Assembly (NCBI GenBank): GCA_963784345.1
Contig: CAWARE010000015.1
Coordinates: 763-64,762 of the forward strand
Length of the DNA: 64,000 nucleotides
Reading direction: 5' to 3'
From: an uncultured Actinomycetota bacterium
GTDB lineage: Bacteria > Actinomycetota > Actinomycetes > Propionibacteriales > Propionibacteriaceae
Part shown: positions 43,059 through 52,700 of the stretch, piece after piece
How positions within the stretch are numbered: position 1 is the first letter of the stretch
Layout: each line of letters starts with the position of its first letter
The notes under the pieces: generated by a model
What the model saw: the letters and a program-made list of their open reading frames with translations, nothing else
What the model was told of the DNA's origin: nothing
Databases searched by the model: none
Made by a program: the position numbers and the translations under genes

Positions 43059-45657
43059 ATGGTCGTCCTGACGATCCGCGAGATCTACGACACCGCCCGC
43101 GCGGCCGGCTTCGGCGAACGCGAGGCGGTCACCTGGACCGCGATCGCCCTGGCCGAGTCCGGTGGCCGGACCGACGACCCGAGCGTTCCCGGGGTCGGCG
43201 GCGGCCTGTGGCGGATCTCCTCCCTCCCAGGCGTCGACGTGACCCGTTGGGGCGATCTGACGGATCCGGGCACCAGCGCCCGGGCGGCGTTCGCGGTCAG
43301 CCGGCAGGGCCGGGACCTCAGCCCGTGGACCACGAACCGCGGCGCCGGCCAGGGGACCGAGCCCGACTTCCGGGGCCAGCTGCGACGGGTCGAGCAGGAG
43401 CTCGGGGTCACGGCGTCGTACGACCAGATCGATCAAGGAGGCGGGTTCGGTGGTGCGCCGGCCACCCCCTGGACCGGGCCGGGCGTGCAGCCGACCATCG
43501 GCGGGACCGCCGGGGACTCCGACCACGACGGGTTGTCCGACGTGTTCGAGCGCCTGGTGGGGACCGACTCGGCGTCCGTGGACTCCGACGGGGACACGCT
43601 GTCCGACGGCTACGAGGCCAGCACCGGCACGGATCCCTTGTCGGCCGACACCGATCGCGACGGGTTCGCCGACGGTTTCGAGGTGGCCCAGAACGGCGAT
43701 CCGCTGACACCGGACGCGTCGGGCCGAGTGCCCCGCTGGACGATCGAGTCGGGAAGCCAGGCTCACCTCGCGTCGCTGGCCGCTGCGCCTCGCCCGGTCA
43801 CTGCGCCACCGGCGAACGCGTCGGCCGAGCCGATCGCGCCGCCGACTCCGAGTCCATCAGGACCTGCTCGCGATCTCAACGGCGGCCGGGTCTCCGCCGA
43901 CGGCGCCGAGCCGAAGCTGGTGGTGTCGCTCGACGCGGCCGGGCACGGCAACTGGCAGGGCGCGGTCAAGGCGGGCGATCACTGGTACATCGGTCAGGCC
44001 ACCACCGGCGACCGGTCGCAGATCTTCCACCGGTTGGACGCCAACGGCAGGGCACTGGACTCGATGACGGTGGTCGGCGCCGCGCACGTCACCTCGTTCG
44101 CGGTGATCGGGGACACCGTCTACGCCACCTACGACGGAGAAGTCGTCACCTTCCCCTACCGACCCGGGGCGACCATCGACGGTGACGACACCACGCCCAC
44201 CGGCTGGAAGGGCTACATCAGCATCGATCCCACGAACCGGCTGGCGGTGATCCGCAAGGGCAACCACTACCGCGCGTACGACCTGGCGACCCACGAACCC
44301 GTCGGCAAGGAGGTGATCACTCCGAAGGGCCAACGACAGGGGTTCTCCATCGTGGGCGACGCCCTCTACGTGCTGACCGGGAAGACGAACCAGCCGGGTC
44401 GAGTGGACTCGTTCTCCTTCACCACCGGCGAGCACACCGGCTCGCAGGATGTCACCGGGGTCGGCCCGGGCCGCCATCGCGAACCGGAAGGCATGTACGG
44501 CGACCTGATGGGGGTCAAGACCGGGCTGGGATCGGCACGTCGGTTGAAGATCTACCAGCTCGACACCGGGGTGCCGCCGGCCACGGAGTGCCGCCGGCCA
44601 CGGATCCGGCTTCGGCCGAGTGCCCCGGCAGACACCGGCGCCGCAGAGGCACCCGGGCCTGCGACGGAACTCGACCAGGGCGCTGATGATCACAGCCGGT
44701 GCCGGGGACGCAGGTGGCGGCGACACCGGGGCAGCTGGTCACGACGGCGGCGAGGACGGCGACCACGTGACCTTCGGCGGCAAGACCGTGGACCGCCGGA
44801 CGGCGGCGATGCTGACGGAGGCGCAGCGCCTGGCCAACGTGGAGGACCCGTCCATCGGTCGCTTCAACCTGACCCAGGGCTCGTTCTCGCACTCGGTCAA
44901 GGCCTCCAGCGGAACCCACGACGGGCCGGGCGCCTTCGACATGTACACCAGCGGCTACAGCGCCGCCCAGAAGGAGACCATCGGGCTGGCGCTGCGCCGG
45001 GTGGGCTTCGCGAGCTGGCTGCGCCGGGAGAGCCAGGGCCCGTGGGGCGAGCACTGGCACGGCATCGCGATGGGCACCAAGGGACTGCCCGACCTGGCGG
45101 CGGGCCAGGTCGAGAGCTACCTGGACGGCGGGAACGGGTTGCGGGGGAACGGCAAGGACACCGATCGGCGACCCGAGGAGATCCAGACCTGGGAGGAGTA
45201 CCGGCAGGACCAGCCGGAGCCCGATCGTCCGACCACACCGACGTTGGAAGCGGTTCAGCCGGGGGCACCGGACCCGGACGGAAGCAGCACCGACCTCGGC
45301 ACCGCCGGTCAAGCCGACCCCGGCCGGGACTCCGATGCCGACGGTCTCACCGACGTGTTCGAGCGGCTGGCCCGCACCGATGTGGCCCGCGCCGACACCG
45401 ACGGGGACGGTCTGCTCGACGGCTACGAGGTGGGTACGTCGAGATCCGACCCGTTGCTGATCGACAGCGACCTGGACGGTTTCACCGATGCCGCCGAGCT
45501 GCGCTTCGGCGGCGACCCTCTCGGCGGGTCCGCCACCGGCTCCCGCCCCCTCGGCGCGGACCCGGTGGGTGCGGACCCGGTGGGCGCCGACTCGCTCGGT
45601 GCGGATCCACTGGGCGTCCCTGGTGCCCACCCGTCGGGCGACCCGCTGGGGCCGTGA
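43059..45657 (+). CDS. multidomain cell-wall protein: lysozyme-like domain, DxDxDG repeats, TagC/phage RBP-like propeller, M15-like zinc peptidase, more repeats (frameshift near 44600-44680)
   Basis: AIALAESGG..GLW..PWTT; NWQG..YIGQ..RQGFSIVGDALYVLTG..REPEG; LTQGS..SGTHDGPGAFD..GFASWLR..EHWH. Confidence 0.75.
45551..45615 (+). repeat. 15-bp repeat encoding (GADPV/GADSL/GADPL)x4
   Basis: ggcgcggacccggtg-like units at the end of the hydrolase gene. Confidence 0.7.
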
Positions 45658-45664
45658 TCTCGGC

Positions 45665-45693
45665 GAGGGCACTGGTGGCTGCCCGATCGGGCA
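45665..45693. promoter_or_regulatory. island operator GAGGGCA-N8-TGCCCGATCGGGCA
   Basis: Perfect 14-bp palindrome at 45680-45693, upstream of a -10-like TAGCAT. Confidence 0.7.
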
Positions 45694-45734
45694 GCAGCGT
45701 CGCGCTCCGTCCCCGGCGGCCCTAGCATTCGATC

Positions 45735-47267
45735 GTGGCGGACCCGTTGATCAGCCTGGACACCGAGCACGCCTTCGTGCAGCCCGGCGGGCAGGTCCGC
45801 CTGACCGTCACCGTCACCAACACCGGCAACCTGGTCGAGGGCTTCTGGCTGCAGGTCCTCGGACCGGCCGCGGCCTGGGCCGAGGTGGTGCCGCCCGAGA
45901 TCTCGGTCTACCCCCAGCAGGACGCCACGGCTGCGGTGATCTTGTCGCCACCCTCGGACGGCAGTGCGCTCAGCGGCCTGCTCCCCTTCGGTGTGCTGGC
46001 CTCCTCGACCCTCGACGCGACCACCAGTGCCGCCGCCGAGGCGGACCTGGAGATCGGCGAGCTGCACAGTCTGCAGGCGAAGATCATCCCGGTCACCTCC
46101 ACCGGCCGGTGGCGCGGCCGGCACGTGATCCAGCTGCAGAACTGGGGGAACTCCCAGGCCCAGCTGCAGATGGTGGCCCGCGACCCCGACGACGCCCTGG
46201 GGTTCTACGTCAGTCCCGCGTACGTGGACCTGCCACCCGGCGGCCGGGCCACCGTCCGCCTGTCGGCTCGGACCAAGCACCCCTTCCTGCGGGGCAGCCC
46301 CGTGCGGGTGCCCTTCCAGGTGGTCGGCGAGCCGCTGGACGGCGGCTCCCAGCCACCCCCGGCCGTCCCGTACGGGGACCCGTCCCGACCGGTGATCGAT
46401 GCGGCGCTCAACCAGAAGCCGATCCTGTCCCGCGGGGTGCTGACGCTGCTGACCCTGCTGCTGGTCGGGATCGTCGCCCTGGTGGGCTTCGCGGTGACCC
46501 GCAAGGAGACGCCGGTGCCGGACCTCTACCCCCGCGGGGCCCCGCCCAAGGGTGTGCTCAGGGTGGTCGGGGTGACGCCGAGCAGCGTCTCGCTGGCCTG
46601 GGACGCGGTCGCCCTGGCCGACCGCTACGACCTGCAGCAGGTGGATCCGGGGTCGCAGAACGTGATCAAGAACGACCCGTTGGACGCCGCGCTGACCGGC
46701 ACCGACGTGGTCGGTCTGCCGGCTGGCAAGGAAGTCTGCTTCCGTCTGTCGGTGACGCGGGCGAAGATCACCGGGCCGCCGTCGGACCTCGTCTGCGCCA
46801 CCACCGCCGCCGCACCGCTGACGCCGGTGCCCACGCCGACCCCGACCGACCCGGCCACGACGGCCGCGCCGAGCCCGTCACCGACGCCGACCCCGACGAC
46901 CTCGACCCCGTCGCCCACCCCGACCTTCAGCCCGGGCGACCCGAACACCGACCCGATCATGAAGCAGCAGTGGATCGCGGTCGCCGACGTCCTGCCCAAG
47001 ACCGTGGCCGAGTCCGACGTGCAGCTCCACGTCCAGCAGCTGACGGCGGCCGGGTTGTCGGCCAAGTACCTGGACAGCGTCCACTACGCGCGGCTGGTCC
47101 TCTACACCACGACGCCGCCTCCGGTGCCCACCCCGACCCCGGAGGGCAGCTGGGTGGTCTTCCTCGGGCCCTTCCCCACGCAGGCCGACGCCGACGTCCA
47201 GTGCCCGTCCATCGTCGCGGCCCAGCCCGGCGCGACCTGCATCACCGGGCAGGCCGACCCACCATGA
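45735..47267 (+). CDS. paralog of 31576-33140: Ig-like, TM, FN3, SPOR-like
   Basis: Shares PPEISVYPQQDATA, GRWRGRHV..NWGN, NQKPIL; VSLAWDAV..YDL; SWVVFLGPFPTQADADVQC. Confidence 0.8.
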   Translation: MADPLISLDTEHAFVQPGGQVRLTVTVTNTGNLVEGFWLQVLGPAAAWAEVVPPEISVYPQQDATAAVILSPPSDGSALSGLLPFGVLASSTLDATTSAAAEADLEIGELHSLQAKIIPVTSTGRWRGRHVIQLQNWGNSQAQLQMVARDPDDALGFYVSPAYVDLPPGGRATVRLSARTKHPFLRGSPVRVPFQVVGEPLDGGSQPPPAVPYGDPSRPVIDAALNQKPILSRGVLTLLTLLLVGIVALVGFAVTRKETPVPDLYPRGAPPKGVLRVVGVTPSSVSLAWDAVALADRYDLQQVDPGSQNVIKNDPLDAALTGTDVVGLPAGKEVCFRLSVTRAKITGPPSDLVCATTAAAPLTPVPTPTPTDPATTAAPSPSPTPTPTTSTPSPTPTFSPGDPNTDPIMKQQWIAVADVLPKTVAESDVQLHVQQLTAAGLSAKYLDSVHYARLVLYTTTPPPVPTPTPEGSWVVFLGPFPTQADADVQCPSIVAAQPGATCITGQADPP

Positions 47268-47293
47268 TCATCGGGGTCGGTCCGTAGGACGCG

Positions 47294-48439
47294 TCAGCGG
47301 GGGAACGCCCGGAGGGAGACCTCGGTCAGGCTGATCAGCTGCTTCATCTCCGGCGTCGTCGGGAAGGTCGAGGCGATGCCGAGGCGCAGCTGGGTCACGG
47401 GAACCCCGCTGTCGACCGGGATGCGCTGCGGATCGGTCGTCTGGCTCAGGGTCGGCCGACTGGCAGGACCCGTCCGGGAAGCCGATGCCGATCACCTGGG
47501 GTTGCGGCTGCAGCGCGCGTTGCGGGTTGCCTGCGTCCAGTCCGGACCAGACCACCACCTGGCGTACGCGGGTGGCCGGGAAGGTGAAGATCAGGGTGCC
47601 GGTGCCCGGCGCCGCTCCGCAGGCGGCCGAGGACCCGGTCGGCGACCAGGTCATCGTCCACTCCTGCTGAGAGCTGTCGACCAGCGCCTGGGGATTCGAG
47701 TCGGGTGCCGAGGCAGTCGTCGGGTTCACCATCACCTGGACCCCGGAGACCACCACGTACTGCTTGGCCATCCGGTGCCACCCGTCCTGGGCCAGAGCTA
47801 CCGGTCCGAGCTGGAGGACGGCGCCGAAGCCGACGAACAGGACGAAGACGAGCGCGCCGATGATCACCCGGCGCCAGCGGTACAGCGGGGGCAGCGAGCG
47901 CCGGTACTCGCGCGCCGCCTCCCGGTCCCGCGCCGCCATGGCCTGCGGGGTCCAGGCACTCCAGTCCACGTACGGGTCGGTGCCGTACGCCGCGACGAAG
48001 CTGTACCCGCAGTGCCCGCAGTAGCGCCGGGTGCCGGGATTCACGGTGCCGCACGTCGGGCAGGTCAGCTCGGCCGGTGGTTGATCGATATAGGCCTGGT
48101 CGACGTAGGCCTGGTCCACGTAGGCTGGTCGACGTAGCCCTGGTCCCAGAGCCCCTGATCCACATAGCCGGGGTCGACGTACGGGCGCTCGAGGGTGGTC
48201 TCGTTCTCGCCCGGCTGATCCGCCGGCAGCGGGATCACGGCGGTCGGTTGCTGGCTGGACGGCACCGGCTGCTGGGTCACGGAGGCGATCGGCACCGTCG
48301 ACGGCGTGGCCGGACCGGACGGCTTCGACTCGGTCACTGCCTTGTCCCAGGCCAGGAACTCGTTGCAGTTGCGGCAGAACTGGGTGCCGGGTGGGTTCGG
48401 CTCCCCGCACGCCTCGCAGATGAGATCGATCGTGCTCAC
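47294..48439 (-). CDS. paralog of 33159-34316: CisA-like zinc-ribbon membrane protein (frameshifted)
   Basis: CEACGEPN..FCRNCNEFLAW; CPTCG..RRYCGHCG; YRRSLPPLYRWRRVII; TM; ..SLTEVSLRAFPR. Confidence 0.75.
48082..48183 (-). repeat. 15-bp repeat x7 encoding YVDQ(G/A/P)
   Basis: tacgtcgaccaggcc-like units: YVDPG YVDQG LWDQG YVDQ. YVDQA YVDQA YIDQP. Confidence 0.8.
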
Positions 48440-48461
48440 CTCCCGCCGCCGACGTGGTCGC

Positions 48462-49082
48462 TCAGATCAGACCCTCCCGCACCGCGTACGCCACCGCGTG
48501 GGTCCGGTTCTTCAGCTGCAGCCGGGTGGTCAGGTCGTGCAGCACATTCTTCACCGTCCGCTCGCTGTAGCACATCCGGGAGGCGATCTCGCTGGTGTCG
48601 AGCCCCTCGGCGACCAGCCGCAGCACCTCGGTCTCGCGGGGTGTCAGCCCGGTGAACGTCAGACCGCGGGGCGCGAGGACCTGACGCTGCAGGCGACCCA
48701 CCTGCTCGAGCAGGCGGCCGAGCAGGTCCGCAGGGACCTCGCCGTCTCCGGAGGCGACCTTGACGATCGTCCGCACCATCGTGTCGGCGCTGGCGTCACC
48801 GCGTCGGAGCAGGCCGGCCACGCCGGCCTCGGCGGCGGCGACCAGGGCGGCGTCGTCGATGGTGGTGGCGACCAGCATCAGCCGCGGGTGGCCGTCCTTG
48901 CGCAGGGCTCGCAGCTCGCGGGTGGTCGACTCGTCGACGGTGTCGGTGATCATCACAGCGACAGCTGACTGCGGGGCGCTGTCGACGATCTTGATCTCCG
49001 GGCGCATCCGGAGCTGGGCGACCACGCCGGCCTGGGAGATCGGGTCCCGGGCGTGGACGTAGGTGGGAACGGTGACGGACAT
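48462..49082 (-). CDS. LuxR/NarL-type HTH regulator with degenerate receiver domain (CIS-associated type)
   Basis: YVHARDPISQAGVVAQLR; LTPRETEVLRLVAEGLDTSEIASRMCYSERTVKNVL..NRTHAVAYA. Confidence 0.93.
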   Translation of the reverse strand: MSVTVPTYVHARDPISQAGVVAQLRMRPEIKIVDSAPQSAVAVMITDTVDESTTRELRALRKDGHPRLMLVATTIDDAALVAAAEAGVAGLLRRGDASADTMVRTIVKVASGDGEVPADLLGRLLEQVGRLQRQVLAPRGLTFTGLTPRETEVLRLVAEGLDTSEIASRMCYSERTVKNVLHDLTTRLQLKNRTHAVAYAVREGLI

Positions 49083-49124
49083 GGTGCTGACCCCCAGTGC
49101 TGCTGCGTCGCCGAGGGCGACGAG

Positions 49125-49153
49125 AAGGGAACGTGCTGTTGCCCCAAGGGTCC
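49125..49153. promoter_or_regulatory. degenerate island operator AAGGGAA-N8-TGCCC-CAAG-GGTCC upstream of LuxR (possible autoregulation)
   Basis: Same arm spacing as the other copies, with several mismatches. Confidence 0.4.
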
Positions 49154-49275
49154 GGGTCGGCCTCACGATCGGCTCAACACGCGCTCATCGCCCGCTCATC
49201 GCCGGTCACGATGCTGACGCCCGACCGGGTAACGTCGACTCGTCATGGAGCGATGAAGCCACCAGGAGCGCAAGG

Positions 49276-49743
49276 ATGCGGGTCGACATCAAAGAGGGCG
49301 GCGACGGTGTCGCGTGCTGGAACGCGGAGCCGATCGTCGCCTACGCGTCGGCGATCGATGCCCGAGAGGCCGCGCTTGCGTCGGCGAACCCCGATCTGGA
49401 CGTCACACCCGGTCGGGTGAAGTGCTACGGGTGTCAGGTGAACGACTTCGCCCTCGGTATCAGGTGCACAGCCGAGTTGACCCGGACGCTGTACGCGGTC
49501 ACCGGCGAGGTGGCCCCCCGCCCCGCCGATGCGGCCGGCTCGCTGGCTGACATCCCGGGGCTGCGGAACCGGATCGACAGTGCCGACGCCGTCGCCCAGG
49601 TGCGCGAGACCGCTCCCGCGGCACCGCCGAGCACCGAGCTCGACGGAGAGCCGGCGGGCGCTCCGGCGTCGCGGTTGGCGCCGCCACCCAGCGCGGCTCC
49701 CCGGCGCTCCGGGCTGAAGGGTCTGCTCGGCCGTCGCGGGTAG
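49276..49743 (+). CDS. hypothetical protein
   Basis: ATG after aggag; plausible codon usage; four Cys (ACWN, CYGC, RC); no family recognised. Confidence 0.5.
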   Translation: MRVDIKEGGDGVACWNAEPIVAYASAIDAREAALASANPDLDVTPGRVKCYGCQVNDFALGIRCTAELTRTLYAVTGEVAPRPADAAGSLADIPGLRNRIDSADAVAQVRETAPAAPPSTELDGEPAGAPASRLAPPPSAAPRRSGLKGLLGRRG

Positions 49744-49777
49744 TGGCCGTCACCGACCGGTGACCTAGGCTGCGTCG

Positions 49778-52700
49778 GTGACCCGGATCGCCCTGCTCTC
49801 GACCTCCGACACCGACCTGCTGTCGGCGCGTGCCAGCGGCGCGGACTACGTGTACGTCAACCCGTCCCGGGCCGCGCACACCGAGATGGCCGAGGCCTTC
49901 GCCGGTGCCGACCTGATCGTGGCCCGGATCCTGGGATCGCCCCAGTCGCTGTGCAGCGGGTTCGCCCGGATCCGCGGCGAGGGTCAGCCGATGGTGGTGC
50001 TGGGCGGCGAGCAGGCCCCCGACGCATCGCTGATGGAGCTGTCCACGGTGCCGATGGGGGTGGCCGCCGACGCGCACGTCTACCTGGCCCAGGGCGGCGC
50101 GGAGAACCTCCGCCAGCTGCACGCGTTCCTGTCCGACACCGTGCTGCTGACCGGGGTCGGCTTCGAGCCGCCGGTCGAGCAGCCGACCTGGGGTGTGCTG
50201 CCGCGGCCCACCCCCGCCACGACCGCGCCGGTCGACGCCGGAGCCGGCACCCGGCCGCGGGTCGGGATCCTGTTCTACCGGGCCCAGCAGACCGCTGGGA
50301 ACACCGCGTACGTGCAGGCCCTGGCCGACGCCGTCGACGCCGCGGGTGGCATCGGCGAGCCGATCTTCGCCGCGTCCCTGCGCGACGCCCCGGCGGACCT
50401 GCTGGAGCACCTCGGCACGCTGGACGCGCTGGTGACCACCGTGCTGGCCGCCGGTGGGACCAAGCCGGCCACCGCCAGCGCCGGCGGTGACGACGACGCC
50501 TGGGACGTCCGGGCGCTGGCCGCCCTGGACATCCCCATCCTGCAGGGGCTCTGCCTGACCTGGGGTCGGGACGCCTGGGCCGGTTCCGACGAGGGCATGT
50601 CCCCGCTGGACGTGGCCACCCAGGTCGCCGTGCCGGAGTTCGACGGCCGGATCATCACGGTGCCGTTCTCCTTCAAGGAGACCGACGCCGACGGTCTGCC
50701 GCACTACGTCCCCGACCACGAGCGCTGCCGCCGGGTGGCCGAGATCGCGGTCAACCACGCCCGGCTGCGGCACATCCCGCCGTCCCAGCGTCGGATCGCG
50801 CTGGTGCTGTCGGCGTACCCGACCAAGCACTCGCGGATCGGCAACGCCGTCGGTCTGGACACCCCGGTCTCGGTGATCCGGCTGCTGCGGGCGATGCGGG
50901 ACGGAGGGCTACGACCTCGGCGCCCCGGGTGAGATCCCCGGCACCGGCGAGCTCGAGCCGGTCGACGGCGAGCACCCCGACACCACGGCGGGCAACGCGC
51001 TCATCCACGCCCTGATCGCCGCCGGCGGCCAGGACCCGGAGTGGCTGACCAGCGAGCAGCTGGCCGGGCAGCGGGTCCGGATCGGCGCGGCCACGTACGC
51101 GCGCTGGCTGGCCGACCTGCCCGACGACCTGGTCGAGGCGGTGACGCAGGCCTGGGGTCCGGCCCCCGGCGAGCTGTTCGTGGACACCAGCCGCGACGCC
51201 GACGGCGAGATCGTGGCCGCCACGCTGCAGGCCGGCAACGTGGTGATCCTGGTCCAGCCGCCGCGCGGCTTCGGGGAGAACCCGATCGCGATCTACCACG
51301 ATCCCGATCTGGCCCCGTCCCACCACTACCTGGCCGTCTACCGCTGGATCGAGCGCGAGTTCGGTGCGCACGCGGTGGTCCACGTCGGCAAGCACGGCAA
51401 CCTGGAGTGGCTGCCGGGCAAGACGCTGGGGATGTCGGCGTCCTGCGGCACCGATGCCGCGATCGGCTCGTTGCCGCTGATCTACCCCTTCCTGGTCAAC
51501 GATCCCGGCGAGGGCACCCAGGCCAAGCGCCGGGCGCACGCGACGATCATCGACCACCTGGTGCCGCCGATGGCCCGGGCCGAGAGCTACGGCGACATCG
51601 CCCGGCTGGAGCAGCTGCTGGACGAGTACGGCAACGTCTCGGTGATGGACCCGGCCAAGGCGCCGGCGCTGCGCGGCGAGATCTGGACGCTGATCCAGGC
51701 CGCCCAGCTGCACCAGGACCTCGGCCTGGAGGAGCGACCGGGCGACGAGGAGTTCGACGAGTTCGTCATGCACGTCGACGGCTGGCTGTGCGAGATCAAG
51801 GACGTGCAGATCCGCGACGGCCTGCACGTGCTCGGTCAGGCGCCGGCCGGTGACGAGCTGATCAACCTGGTGCTGGCGGTGCTGCGCTCCAACCAGGTCT
51901 TCGGTGGGCAGGTCAGCGGGGTGCCGGGGCTGCGCTCGGCGCTGGGGTTGACCGAGGACGCGCCGATCGCCGAGGTGGACCGGATCGAGGCGGAGGCCAA
52001 GGCGTTGGTCACCGCCCTGGCGGAGTCCGGCTGGGATCCGGGTGTCTGCACTGGTCTGACCGACAACCCGGGTGCGCAGGCGGCCCTGCGGTTCGCCGCC
52101 GTCGAGGTCGTGCCGCGGCTGCGGCGGACCACCGACGAGATCACCGCGACCCTGCACGCCCTGGCCGGCGGCTACGTGCCGGCGGGTCCGTCCGGGTCGC
52201 CGTTGCGCGGCCTGGTCAACGTGCTGCCCACCGGACGCAACTTCTACTCCGTCGACCCCAAGGCCATCCCGTCCCGGCTGGCTTTCCAGACCGGCACCTC
52301 GATGGCCGACTCGCTGCTGCGTCGTCACCTCGACGACACCGGTGAGTACCCGCGCTCGGTCGGCTTGTCGGTCTGGGGGACGTCGGCGATGCGGACCAGC
52401 GGCGACGACATCGCCGAGGTGCTCGCCCTGCTCGGCGTGCTGCCGGTCTGGGACGACGCGTCCCGGCGGGTGGTCGGGCTGGAGGCGGTCGACCTGGACG
52501 AGCTCGGCCGTCCCCGGATCGACGTCACCGTACGGATCTCGGGGTTCTTCCGGGACGCCTTCCCGCACGTGGTGGCCATGATCGACGACGCCGTCCGGCT
52601 GGTGGCCGAGCGGGACGAGCCGCTCGAGCTGAACTACGTCCGGGCCCACGCGCAGGCCGATCTGGCCGCAGCACGGTGACCAGCGCCGGGCCACCACCCG

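Noticed and set aside
4480-49300. Island as an integrative mobile element
   Set aside because: No integrase, transposase, tRNA or flanking direct repeats were seen, and composition resembles the flanks.
49744-49777. Cobalamin riboswitch before cobN (or cobQ)
   Set aside because: The intergenic spaces are 34 bp and about 76 bp, too short, and no B12-box was seen. cobN has TAGGCT just upstream, suggesting a leaderless start.
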